NCBI RefSeq assembly: GCF_000008465.1
Contig: NC_006512.1
Coordinates: 780,001-812,000, forward strand
DNA length: 32,000 bases
Direction: 5' to 3'
Source of the DNA: Idiomarina loihiensis L2TR
GTDB taxonomy: Bacteria > Pseudomonadota > Gammaproteobacteria > Enterobacterales > Alteromonadaceae
This document shows positions 8,222 to 17,148 of this stretch, in pieces (position 1 is the first letter of the stretch; each line of letters opens with the position of its first letter). The notes beneath the pieces are model-generated. The model was not told the DNA's origin. It did no database searches and saw nothing but the letters and a program-made list of their open reading frames with translations. The translations under genes were made by a program, and so were the position numbers.

Positions 8222-8896
8222 TTAAGAGTCTTGTTTGGTTTTTGAGCTCATACGAGCACGCAATGCTTCCAGCTCGTCATTCACTTTACTCTCGTTTTCC
8301 AGCTCTGCAAATTCGTCACGTAATGTCCGTTTACCCATATCATAAGATTCAACCTGGGCTTCCAAATCATCGATTTTGGCTTCGTAGCGGTCAAACCGCT
8401 GCATTGCGTCATCTACTTTGCCACTATCGACCTGTTGCTTAACCTGCAAGCGACTGCTGGCCGCCTTCTGACGCATCAGAATCGCTTTTTGGCGAGACTT
8501 CGCATCGGCCAGTTTTTCCTGAAGTTGGCCAATTTCATCATTTAGCTTGTCCAGGTTTTCATTAACGCGATCCATTTCCTGCTGCAACGAGTCAACGCCC
8601 TGCTGTGCTTTTTGCTTTTCAATTAATGCCTGACGAGCTAAATCATCACGCTCTTTGGTTAACGCCAGCTCAGCTTTGTTTTCCCAGTCCTGAACTTCGT
8701 TTTCCATCCGTTGCTGCTGACGCTGAATGTCTTTCTTTTCAGCTAACAGGCGCGCTGACGTAGAGCGTACTTCAACTAACGTATCTTCCATCTCCTGAAT
8801 AATCAGGCGTACCATTTTTTGCGGATCTTCGGCTTTATCCAATAAAGAATTGATATTGGAGTTCACGATATCGCTAAAACGTGAAAAAATACCCAT
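8222..8896 (-). CDS. pspA: Phage shock protein A
   Basis: MGIFSRFSDIVNSNINSLLDKAEDPQKMVRLIIQEMEDTLVEVRSTSAR is near-identical to the E. coli PspA N-terminus. A GAGG Shine-Dalgarno lies 7-10 nt upstream of the ATG at 8896. The 17-aa extension in the ORF track (to 8947) has no PspA counterpart and would run across the predicted promoter. Confidence 0.93.
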   Translation of the reverse strand: MGIFSRFSDIVNSNINSLLDKAEDPQKMVRLIIQEMEDTLVEVRSTSARLLAEKKDIQRQQQRMENEVQDWENKAELALTKERDDLARQALIEKQKAQQGVDSLQQEMDRVNENLDKLNDEIGQLQEKLADAKSRQKAILMRQKAASSRLQVKQQVDSGKVDDAMQRFDRYEAKIDDLEAQVESYDMGKRTLRDEFAELENESKVNDELEALRARMSSKTKQDS

Positions 8897-8942
8897 AATA
8901 ATGACCTCATACTGGTTTAATAAACAACTCGATGATTTATTA

Positions 8943-8959
8943 TTCAAATATCAGGCCAA
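8943..8959 (-). promoter_or_regulatory. Sigma54-type -24/-12 promoter for pspA
   Basis: The minus strand reads TTGGCCTGATATTTGAA. The GG and the TTG have the canonical spacing (TGGCAC-N5-TTGCW). The -12 element is TTGA, comparable with the TTGT of E. coli pspA as I remember it. The predicted TSS is about 36 nt upstream of the pspA ATG. An AT-rich ~130-bp region upstream (8960-9086) probably holds PspF/IHF sites that I cannot resolve. Confidence 0.5.
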
Positions 8960-9086
8960 CTTTTATTTATGCCATAACAACTTGTTTTATAAATACTTTT
9001 TATAGTTTATGTGAATTACACCCTTGCGGGAGTTCGTAAAATAAACTAATAATTAGCAAAAATAACTATAATATAAGGCATTCGAC

Positions 9087-10163
9087 ATGCGCCCTGAGCG
9101 AAAACCCGACAACCTCATCGGACAATCCAACAGCTTTTCCGATGTGCTGGAACAAGTGTCGCAGATTGCTCCTCTCGATAAGCCCGTATTAATTATTGGT
9201 GAACGTGGTACTGGTAAAGAGCTTATTGCGGCGCGTTGTCATTACCTGTCCAGACGCTGGCAACAGCAATACGTTACCCTCAACTGTGCCGCACTGAATG
9301 AAAACTTACTCGACAGTGAACTCTTTGGACATGAAGCTGGTGCTTTCACCGGAGCCGCAAAGAAGCACGAAGGTCGTTTTGAACGCGCTGACAGTGGTTC
9401 GCTATTTCTTGATGAATTAGCCAATACGTCTTTGCGAGTTCAGGAAAAGCTGCTGCGGGTTATTGAGTACGGAGAATTTGAGCGAGTGGGTGGCCGTCAT
9501 TCAGTTAAAGTCGACACTCGCCTCATTGCCGCTACCAATGAAGACCTCCCATCACTTGCTGCCAAAGGCCAATTTCGTTCAGATTTGCTGGATCGCCTGG
9601 CATTTGATGTCATTACGCTGCCGCCATTACGCGAGCGCCGTGACGATATTATGTTACTTGCTGAGCACTTTGCTATTTCTATGGCACGCGAAATGGAACT
9701 GGAGTTATTCAGTGGTTTTTCCGAGAAAGCCCGTAAAACCTTGCTTGAATATCATTGGCCCGGTAATGTACGCGAGCTTAAAAACACAGTAGAGCGAAGC
9801 TTATATCGGCTGGGAAATGGGCATGTGCCTATTCACGATATTATTATTGACCCGTTTAACAGTCCGTTCCGGCCAAAAACTCCGGTTACCGAAAAAGCTG
9901 TACCGCAAGAGCCTGTAGCTAATGAACAAAGCAATGCTGAAAGTAATGAATTAATTGATATGCCGAAACTCAACGCCGAACAGCCAATAGACTTTAAGCA
10001 AAAGTCGCAAGAGTATGAAATTGATGTCTTGTCGCAAGCCTTGCGTTTATGTCAGTTTAACCAAAAGAAAACAGCTAATTTTCTTGGACTGACTTATCAT
10101 CAGTTACGGGGTTACTTAAAAAAGTATCAGTTATTGGAAGGGGCTTCTGCAGCTAATGATTAA
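9087..10163 (+). CDS. pspF: Psp operon sigma54-dependent transcriptional activator
   Basis: 358 aa. It is an AAA+ domain with no N-terminal regulatory domain, with Walker A GERGTGKE, an intact GAFTGA loop (HEAGAFTGA) and the C-terminal HTH KKTANFLGLTYHQLRGYLKKY. It is colinear with E. coli PspF and divergent from pspA. Confidence 0.93.
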   Translation: MRPERKPDNLIGQSNSFSDVLEQVSQIAPLDKPVLIIGERGTGKELIAARCHYLSRRWQQQYVTLNCAALNENLLDSELFGHEAGAFTGAAKKHEGRFERADSGSLFLDELANTSLRVQEKLLRVIEYGEFERVGGRHSVKVDTRLIAATNEDLPSLAAKGQFRSDLLDRLAFDVITLPPLRERRDDIMLLAEHFAISMAREMELELFSGFSEKARKTLLEYHWPGNVRELKNTVERSLYRLGNGHVPIHDIIIDPFNSPFRPKTPVTEKAVPQEPVANEQSNAESNELIDMPKLNAEQPIDFKQKSQEYEIDVLSQALRLCQFNQKKTANFLGLTYHQLRGYLKKYQLLEGASAAND

Positions 10164-11781
10164 AGCGTACGCCAATGTAGCTGTTATAGCAGCAGCGTTT
10201 CTCTCAGGCTGCCAGTCCGATGAACCTGAGCCGGCTCCTCTGGCCAACGGTATTATTTATTGTTCGGAAGGCAACCCCGCTTCTTTTAATCCTCAGCTTG
10301 TTACCTCCGGCACCACCGTTGATGCCACCGCTGCTCAACTCTATGACAGGTTAATTGATTACGATGCTGAGCAACAAAAATTTGTACCGGCGCTTGCGAA
10401 GCGCTGGGAAACTTTGGATAACGGCACTCGTTATCGATTTCATTTGCGCGAAGGCGTAAAATTTCATACCACCAACTACTTTCAGCCTAGCCGCGAACTA
10501 ACAGCTGAAGACGTTCAGTTCAGCTTTAACCGGTGGCTGGATGAAACCAGTCTTTATCATCAAGTTGGAGGGAGTTATCCGTTTTTCAGAGCCACAGGGC
10601 TGGACCAGTTAATAAATAAAGTTGTCAAAATTGATAAAATGACGGTCGATATTGTGCTGAATAATGCCGATAGTTCGTTTTTAGCGAACCTGGCAACAGA
10701 CTTTGCCGTTATTTTATCCGCAGAGTACGCACAACAACTATTAATTGAAGAGCGACCCGGACAAATAGATGCTCTACCGATAGGAACCGGCCCCTACCGT
10801 TTCGAAAGTTATCGCAAAGACGTGTTAATACGTTACTCCCGACATCCTGGGTACTGGCGGGAAGGCCCCGGAATTGAACATTTGGTGTACTCTATTACCC
10901 CAAATGCAAACAAGCGTATGCTTAAGCTAGTTACCGGCGAATGTGACATCATTCCTTACCCGCTGGTGAGTGAATTACAAGCTCTCAACCGAGATCAGTT
11001 AATTGTCACTGATGAGGTAAGTCCAAATGTGTCTTTCTGGGCATTTAATACTGAGAAAAAACCTTTTGATGACCCTCTGGTTCGTCAGGCACTGAGCCAC
11101 GCTATTAATCGCGAAGCGATTATTCAGACCATATACTACGGTAATGCTGAACTGGCACAGTCAATATTACCTCCAACGTCCTGGGCTTATGATGACCGCG
11201 GTATCCAGTATCAATATGACCCGGAAAAGGCTAAACGCTTATTAAAAGAAGCCGGTCATTCAAATTTAAATATAAATATCTGGGCTATGCCAGTACAGCG
11301 GGTTTACAACCCGAACGCTCGCAGAATGGCGGAACTAATGCAGTCAGACTTAGCCCAAATTGGTGTTTCCGCGAGCATTGTTTCTTATGAATGGAACACC
11401 TTTCGTCGCCGCCTTTCTCGTGGTGAACACGACACTGTTCTAATTGGCTGGTACGCCGACAATGCTGACCCTGATAACTTTTTCAGGCCATTGTTGAGCT
11501 GTGCTGCCGTAGCAACGGGAGGTAACCGGGCTAACTGGTGCCACCCTGGCTTTGACCAATTGCTTTACAGCGCCATTGCAACCACGGTACCAGAGGAGCG
11601 TAAAGCTCTGTATCAATCAGCTCAGCACTTACTGAATCAGCAACAACCTTTGCTGCCTATTGCCCATTCCAAACGCTTTCAGGCACAGCAGAAAAATATC
11701 AGCGGCGTAGAGCTTCCCCCTTATGGTGGTATTAACTTTCGCCTGGCCACTAAAGATACGGTGGAGGAAGAATCACAATGA
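10156..11781 (+). CDS. sapA: Peptide ABC transporter substrate-binding lipoprotein, SapA-like
   Basis: 541 aa with the lipoprotein signal MIKAYANVAVIAAAFLSGC. It has SapA-like blocks (RYRFHLREGVKF, DPDNFFRPLLSCAA, NWCHPGFD). Its ATG overlaps the pspF stop by 8 nt. Confidence 0.85.
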   Translation: MIKAYANVAVIAAAFLSGCQSDEPEPAPLANGIIYCSEGNPASFNPQLVTSGTTVDATAAQLYDRLIDYDAEQQKFVPALAKRWETLDNGTRYRFHLREGVKFHTTNYFQPSRELTAEDVQFSFNRWLDETSLYHQVGGSYPFFRATGLDQLINKVVKIDKMTVDIVLNNADSSFLANLATDFAVILSAEYAQQLLIEERPGQIDALPIGTGPYRFESYRKDVLIRYSRHPGYWREGPGIEHLVYSITPNANKRMLKLVTGECDIIPYPLVSELQALNRDQLIVTDEVSPNVSFWAFNTEKKPFDDPLVRQALSHAINREAIIQTIYYGNAELAQSILPPTSWAYDDRGIQYQYDPEKAKRLLKEAGHSNLNINIWAMPVQRVYNPNARRMAELMQSDLAQIGVSASIVSYEWNTFRRRLSRGEHDTVLIGWYADNADPDNFFRPLLSCAAVATGGNRANWCHPGFDQLLYSAIATTVPEERKALYQSAQHLLNQQQPLLPIAHSKRFQAQQKNISGVELPPYGGINFRLATKDTVEEESQ

Positions 11782-12806
11782 CCCGCTATCTTTTAGGCCG
11801 TTTAAGCGTTTTTATTATTGCTGTGTTTTTACTAACGCTGTTTAGCTTTAGCCTTAATTACTTGTTTCCAGGCGACCCAATAACCAATATGAGCGGCATC
11901 CGGTCGTTCCAGAGCAGTTACCCATTAATGGCTGAACTGCGTGGCGGCGACCAGAACCTGGCCATTCAATACCTAAGTTACTTGCAACACCTGTTCGCCG
12001 GAGACTGGGGATTATCTCTGAGTAATGGTACACCGGTATTTGCCGATGGTATTCAACACTTTATGGCGTCAATCGAACTTATCCTTATGGCTTTACTGGT
12101 TGCCGTTCTTTTTGGACTACCGTTGGGCGTATTTGCTGCCTCCCGCTTTCGGCAGCGTTCAGACCAAACCGTAATAAGTCTGGCGATGGTTGGGTACTCC
12201 ATTCCGGTTTTCTGGTTAGCCCAGTTACTGATACTGCTGTTTGCCATAAAGCTAGGCTGGTTCCCCATTACCGGTCAGATAAACCCTTTATATGGCGTCG
12301 AACCAAAGACCGGTTCAATTCTCATCGATGTCTTTTTAAGCGACTCCGACTACAAAGCCGCGGCGCTTCAGGACGCTTTGAATCATATTGTTCTACCGGT
12401 AATCATACTGGCTATCATGCCAATGATGCTGTTACTTCGCTTAATGCGAAACGCTACTCAGGAAATGCTGCAAAAGCCTTTCGTAAAAGCCGCCCGAGCC
12501 CGTGGATTAAATGAGTTCCGAGTATTAGTAAAACACGCTATTCCAAATGCGGTGCAATCGGTGCTGCAACAAACCACTCTCATCTTCAGTTTACTGTTAA
12601 CTAACAGTATTGTGGTTGAGTCCATTTTTAACTGGCCGGGAATGGGCAACTGGCTTATCCGTAGTATTTTTGAGCGTGACTACCCTATTATCCAGGCAGC
12701 TGTATTAATGTTTGCTTTCGTTATTTTGTTCTTTAACCTACTGGTCGAGCTTTACCATGGCTGGCGATTTCCGATAGTGAGGCACGAACAATATGCCACA
12801 CGTTAA
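11778..12806 (+). CDS. sapB: Peptide ABC transporter permease, SapB-like
   Basis: 342 aa polytopic permease of the BPD-transporter family. There is a 4-nt overlap with sapA. Confidence 0.85.
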   Translation: MTRYLLGRLSVFIIAVFLLTLFSFSLNYLFPGDPITNMSGIRSFQSSYPLMAELRGGDQNLAIQYLSYLQHLFAGDWGLSLSNGTPVFADGIQHFMASIELILMALLVAVLFGLPLGVFAASRFRQRSDQTVISLAMVGYSIPVFWLAQLLILLFAIKLGWFPITGQINPLYGVEPKTGSILIDVFLSDSDYKAAALQDALNHIVLPVIILAIMPMMLLLRLMRNATQEMLQKPFVKAARARGLNEFRVLVKHAIPNAVQSVLQQTTLIFSLLLTNSIVVESIFNWPGMGNWLIRSIFERDYPIIQAAVLMFAFVILFFNLLVELYHGWRFPIVRHEQYATR

Positions 12807-13686
12807 TCTTTACCATCACGATGAAACCCCGTCGCCACTCAAGCTAGTATGGAAAAGCTTCCAGTCAAGGTTTCTCTCCATGGCTGCCTTATATGTTCTG
12901 CTGGCAATGATATTGGTTGTGTTGCTGTCCCCGTTGCTGACGCCCTTCAATACATCAACCCAGTTCTCTGACGCCATTGCGCTTCCCCCTTCATGGGTTG
13001 AAAGCGGTAATATGAATTATTTATTTGGCACCGACGATCTAGGTCGGGATATGTTATCGCGACTATTAATTGGCGGACTGTACAGTTTGGGCCTACCGAT
13101 ACTCATGGTCGCAGTATCCTCACTAATTGGCATGAGCATAGGGGCTCTTGCCGGTATTGACCGAACCATAAAATACCAAAGCTTGTCACGGCTCTTTGAT
13201 ACCTTGCTGTCTATTCCGTCTTTTTTAATGGCACTTATCATTATTGCGATTCTCGGTACTGGTTTTAACAACGTAGCCTTTGCCATAACACTTTCATTAA
13301 TTCCGCAGTTTATCTTCGTTACCCGCAACGCGGTACACGAAGAGTGGCATAAGGACTACGTTACCGCCTCACGACTCAATGGTTGTTCCAAGGCCTACTT
13401 GCTTTACCGCGTTATATTACCTAATGTGACCCCCACATTGGTCATGCAGCTTACAGTATCCCTTTCCGTCGCTATTATGGATATTGCGGCTCTTAGCTTC
13501 CTTGGTCTGGGTATTCAGGCACCAACTCCTGAATGGGGTAGTATGCTGGCGCGCAGCCTGGACGAGGTTTACTTGTCTCCCTGGTCAATGGTGCTACCGG
13601 GCATAACGTTGTTTATTACCATTATGGCCATTAACATTGTCGGAGACAGCCTGCGCCGTGCATTAAAAGAAAGGGTTAACAGCTAA
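12793..13686 (+). CDS. sapC: Peptide ABC transporter permease, SapC-like
   Basis: 297 aa with the N-terminal motif LFGTDDLGRDMLSRL typical of OppC/DppC/SapC permeases. It overlaps sapB by 14 nt. Confidence 0.85.
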   Translation: MPHVNLYHHDETPSPLKLVWKSFQSRFLSMAALYVLLAMILVVLLSPLLTPFNTSTQFSDAIALPPSWVESGNMNYLFGTDDLGRDMLSRLLIGGLYSLGLPILMVAVSSLIGMSIGALAGIDRTIKYQSLSRLFDTLLSIPSFLMALIIIAILGTGFNNVAFAITLSLIPQFIFVTRNAVHEEWHKDYVTASRLNGCSKAYLLYRVILPNVTPTLVMQLTVSLSVAIMDIAALSFLGLGIQAPTPEWGSMLARSLDEVYLSPWSMVLPGITLFITIMAINIVGDSLRRALKERVNS

Positions 13687-14678
13687 TGCAGTTACTCGAT
13701 ATACGCAATCTGACAGTAGAGATGCAAACAGCGCACGGCATCGTTCGAGTATTGGATAAAGTCAATCTGCAGCTTACCGAGGGAGAAATTCACAGTATTG
13801 TGGGCGAATCCGGGTCGGGGAAAAGCTTGCTGGCAAAAGCCATTATGGGTTTTATCAACCCTAACTGGCAAGTTACCGCCGACAGACTTTGGTGGAACGG
13901 ACAGGATTTACTGGCAATGACGCCAAAGCAGCGCCGGCAAATTACCGGCCGCGATATGGCTATGATTTTTCAGGACCCTAATGCCTACCTCGATCCTAAC
14001 AGCACAGTAGAGCAACAAATTGTGGAAGCTATTCCACAAGGGGATGTTCGGGGTACATTCATGCGTCGCCGGGTTGATCGTAAAACCCGGGTCAAAAGAC
14101 TGCTTCACCGAGTGGGCATTCGCGACCACGAATCTATAATGGAAAGCTACCCTTTTGAATTGTCTCAGGGCATAGCGCAAAAAGTGAGTATTGCTATAGC
14201 CATTGCTCACCGTCCCAGACTCCTTATTGCCGACGAACCCACCACCGCGATGGAACCTTCAACCCGTTTACAGATCCATCGTTTGCTGGCACGACTGGCG
14301 GTTAGCCAAAAAATGTCCGTGGTGCTAATTTCTCAGGATGTCGGCTCCATTTTGCCTGAGACCAAACGCTTAACCTTGCTTTATTGTGGGCAGCTAATGG
14401 AGACCGGTCCTGCTCAGGACATTTTGTCGGAACCGGCGCACCCTTATACCGACTCGATGCTTCGCATGTCATTGCAAACGCAACAGGAGTTGCCTCACAA
14501 AGCGCGTTTACCGACCCTGCCCGGCTCCATACCAACCTTGCGGCATATGCCAATTGGGTGTCGTCTGGGGCCCCGGTGCCCATACGCTCAAAAAACTTGC
14601 GTTAAAGCACCACGGGCCACTCACGACCGACAACGTGTGTATCATTGCCATTTCCCGCTACTGGATAGCAGCTCATGA
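13686..14678 (+). CDS. sapD: Peptide ABC transporter ATP-binding protein, SapD-like
   Basis: 330 aa with Walker A GESGSGKS, Walker B LLIADEPTT and the C-terminal motif GCRLGPRCPYAQ...CHFPL, which matches E. coli SapD. Confidence 0.88.
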   Translation: MQLLDIRNLTVEMQTAHGIVRVLDKVNLQLTEGEIHSIVGESGSGKSLLAKAIMGFINPNWQVTADRLWWNGQDLLAMTPKQRRQITGRDMAMIFQDPNAYLDPNSTVEQQIVEAIPQGDVRGTFMRRRVDRKTRVKRLLHRVGIRDHESIMESYPFELSQGIAQKVSIAIAIAHRPRLLIADEPTTAMEPSTRLQIHRLLARLAVSQKMSVVLISQDVGSILPETKRLTLLYCGQLMETGPAQDILSEPAHPYTDSMLRMSLQTQQELPHKARLPTLPGSIPTLRHMPIGCRLGPRCPYAQKTCVKAPRATHDRQRVYHCHFPLLDSSS

Positions 14679-15487
14679 GTCACTTACTGGAAGTTCGAAA
14701 TCTCGGCAAAACGTACCGCTCCCGAAAAGGCTGGCCATGGACTCCTAAGTCGGTAGCGATAGAGCCTTTGTCTTTCACCCTTGAAGCTGGCGAAATACTG
14801 GCAGTAATGGGCGAGACCGGATCGGGAAAATCGACCCTGGCACAAATTATTGGTGGTGTAGACACCGCAACCAGTGGCGAAATTCTGCTTAATGGCCAGA
14901 AGCTTCATAGCAATAACTACCCTCAGCTATGTAACAACATTCGAATGATATTTCAGGACAGTGAAAACTCTCTGAATGCGCACCTCAACATAGGTAAACA
15001 GCTGGAAGAGCCTCTGTTATTTAATACCCAGTTAACAGCCGCCGAGCGCCAGGAACGGGTCAATTTAACCTTGCAACGCGTTGGTATGCTGCGGGAGCAC
15101 TGGGAGTTTTATCCTCATATGCTGTCCAGTGGGCAAAAACAAAGAGTCTGTATTGCGCGGGCCATTATTCTGGAACCGCAGATTGTTGTCGCCGACGAAG
15201 CCCTGGTTGCACTTGACCCATCAATTAGAGCTCAAATCATTAATCTTATGCTCGATCTTCAGAAAGATATGGGTATTTCTTACATTTTAGTGACACATTC
15301 GCCGCAAATCGTGAAACACATTGCGGATAAGATCTTAATTTTATATCGTGGTAAAATGATCGCGTTTGATAAAACAGACATAGTACTAGAGGACACGCAG
15401 CAAACTTACGTTCAACAATTGCTGCACGAACATTTAAAACAGAACATTCAATATAACAGCGACAGAAGCGCTAAGATCGCTGACTAA
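14675..15487 (+). CDS. sapF: Peptide ABC transporter ATP-binding protein, SapF-like
   Basis: 270 aa with Walker A GETGSGKS, signature LSSGQKQR and Walker B IVVADEALVALD. There is a 4-nt overlap with sapD. Confidence 0.88.
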   Translation: MSHLLEVRNLGKTYRSRKGWPWTPKSVAIEPLSFTLEAGEILAVMGETGSGKSTLAQIIGGVDTATSGEILLNGQKLHSNNYPQLCNNIRMIFQDSENSLNAHLNIGKQLEEPLLFNTQLTAAERQERVNLTLQRVGMLREHWEFYPHMLSSGQKQRVCIARAIILEPQIVVADEALVALDPSIRAQIINLMLDLQKDMGISYILVTHSPQIVKHIADKILILYRGKMIAFDKTDIVLEDTQQTYVQQLLHEHLKQNIQYNSDRSAKIAD

Positions 15488-15510
15488 AAACTAAAAAACG
15501 GGAGTTTAAT

Positions 15511-17043
15511 GTGGAAACAGGTACTCTGATATCACTAGCGCTGTACTTTATTGTCATGCTAGGTATTGGGCTTTACGCCTATAAAAAGTCTACCGACTCA
15601 GTTTCAGGCTATATGCTTGGAGGACGAGGCTTAGGCCCTGCAGTTACGGCATTATCAGCAGGTGCATCCGATATGAGTGGTTGGATGTTGATGGGCTTAC
15701 CCGGTGCAATTTACGTCTCTGGCGTATCGCAGTTGTGGATTGCAGTGGGTCTGGTCATTGGTGCATTCTTAAACTATGTCATAGTGGCGCCCCGCCTCAG
15801 AACCTACACCGAAGTTGCTAACGACTCAATTACGATACCAGGCTATTTCTCTAATCGTTTTAACGATAAAGGTCGACGTCTACGTATCTTTTCTTCAGTT
15901 GTTATTATCATCTTTTTCACCTTGTACACGTCTGCCAGCTTAGTTGCGGGAGGAAAGCTGTTCGACAGCTCCTTCGGCATGGACTACACCACAGGGCTCT
16001 GGGTAACGGCCGGTGTTGTCTGTGCTTACACCCTGTTCGGGGGCTTTTTGGCGGTGAGTATGACCGATTTTGTGCAAGGCTGTATTATGTTTGTCGCTTT
16101 GGTACTGGTGCCTATCGTGGCTTTTGTCGACCTCGGTGGATACAGCAGTGTAGTTGGACAGGTTAACGACATTGATACTAACTTCCTCGACTTTTTCTAC
16201 AACGTAGACAAAGGCGAAGCGATTGGCTTTCTGGGTATCGTCTCACTGCTGGCATGGGGTCTTGGCTACTTTGGCCAACCACACATTATCGTACGCTTTA
16301 TGGCAATACGTTCAGTTAGCGATGTCAAAGCTGCTCGTCGTATTGGCGTGTCGTGGATGGTGGTATCCATCATCGGCGCTATGGCAACCGGTTTTGTTGG
16401 TATCGCTTATGTGGCAACTCAGCCAATGGGAATAGCTGATGCTGAGACCATCTTTATTGAGTTCTCTCAGGTACTGTTCCACCCACTTATTGGTGGTTTC
16501 CTGCTTGCCGCTATTCTTGCCGCAATTATGAGTACAATTTCTTCTCAGTTACTGGTTAGTTCCAGTTCATTAACTGAGGACTTTTATAAAGCCTTCCTGC
16601 GTAAAGACGCAAGTGAAAGAGAGCTTGTAATGGTCGGTCGATTGTCAGTTTTAGTAGTGACCCTGGTCGCTATTTATCTAGCGTACGGTGAGACAGAAAC
16701 GGTACTCGCTCTGGTATCTAAAGCCTGGGCAGGATTCGGGGCTGCCTTCGGTCCGGTCGTTATTCTCAGTCTATTTTGGAAGCGTATGAACCGTAACGGC
16801 GCACTAGCGGGCATGCTTACCGGAGCAATTACCGTTCTACTCTGGATTTTCAGTCCAATACTGTTCGGTATCGACCTTAGTGACGAAGTTGTCTATGAAA
16901 TGGTGCCTGGCTTTATTCTGTCGACTCTGGCGATTATCATCTTCAGTAAGCTGACAGATGAACCGGCTCAGGAGCTTCAGGACAAGTTTGTTGAAATGGA
17001 GAGCGTCATTGACGGTTACTACCATGGTGACAAAAAAGGCTAA
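15511..17043 (+). CDS. putP: Sodium/proline symporter
   Basis: 510 aa of the SSF family. It is colinear with E. coli PutP (GGRGLGPAVTALSAGASDMSGWMLMGLPGA, GYFGQPHIIVRFMA, AWAGFGAAFGPVV). It uses a GTG start, with a GGAG Shine-Dalgarno 6 nt upstream. Confidence 0.92.
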   Translation: METGTLISLALYFIVMLGIGLYAYKKSTDSVSGYMLGGRGLGPAVTALSAGASDMSGWMLMGLPGAIYVSGVSQLWIAVGLVIGAFLNYVIVAPRLRTYTEVANDSITIPGYFSNRFNDKGRRLRIFSSVVIIIFFTLYTSASLVAGGKLFDSSFGMDYTTGLWVTAGVVCAYTLFGGFLAVSMTDFVQGCIMFVALVLVPIVAFVDLGGYSSVVGQVNDIDTNFLDFFYNVDKGEAIGFLGIVSLLAWGLGYFGQPHIIVRFMAIRSVSDVKAARRIGVSWMVVSIIGAMATGFVGIAYVATQPMGIADAETIFIEFSQVLFHPLIGGFLLAAILAAIMSTISSQLLVSSSSLTEDFYKAFLRKDASERELVMVGRLSVLVVTLVAIYLAYGETETVLALVSKAWAGFGAAFGPVVILSLFWKRMNRNGALAGMLTGAITVLLWIFSPILFGIDLSDEVVYEMVPGFILSTLAIIIFSKLTDEPAQELQDKFVEMESVIDGYYHGDKKG

Positions 17044-17066
17044 ACTATTTACGACTTGTAACTGAT

Positions 17067-17104
17067 AAAAAGACCAGCCCATCGTGGCTGGTCTTTTTTG
17101 TTTT
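17067..17104 (+). terminator. Rho-independent terminator after putP
   Basis: AGACCAGCC-catcgt-GGCTGGTCT (9-bp stem at 17071-17079 and 17086-17094) followed by TTTTTGTTTT. Confidence 0.9.
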
Positions 17105-17148
17105 AGAAGTCCGGCCTATAGTGGTAGAAAAACAAAAAGGTAACCACT

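Noticed and set aside
8897-8947. 17-codon N-terminal extension of pspA in the ORF track (MNNKSSSCLLNQYEVII)
   Set aside because: PspA homologues begin MGIFSRF. A GAGG Shine-Dalgarno precedes the ATG at 8896, and the predicted sigma54 promoter and TSS lie within the extension.
8960-9086. Attempt to place the pspF sigma70 promoter, PspF UAS and IHF sites in the AT-rich divergent region (for example AACAA-C-TTGTT at 8976-8986 and TATAAT at 9067-9072)
   Set aside because: The TATAAT is too close to the pspF ATG to leave room for its AAGG Shine-Dalgarno. The palindromes are short, and I do not remember a reliable PspF site consensus. I left them unannotated.
14559-14648. Four-cysteine motif in the SapD C-terminus (GCRLGPRCPYAQKTC...YHCHF), considered as a possible metal or Fe-S site
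   Set aside because: The same motif occurs in E. coli SapD and in Opp/Dpp-type ATPase C-terminal domains. It is a family feature, not specific to this locus.
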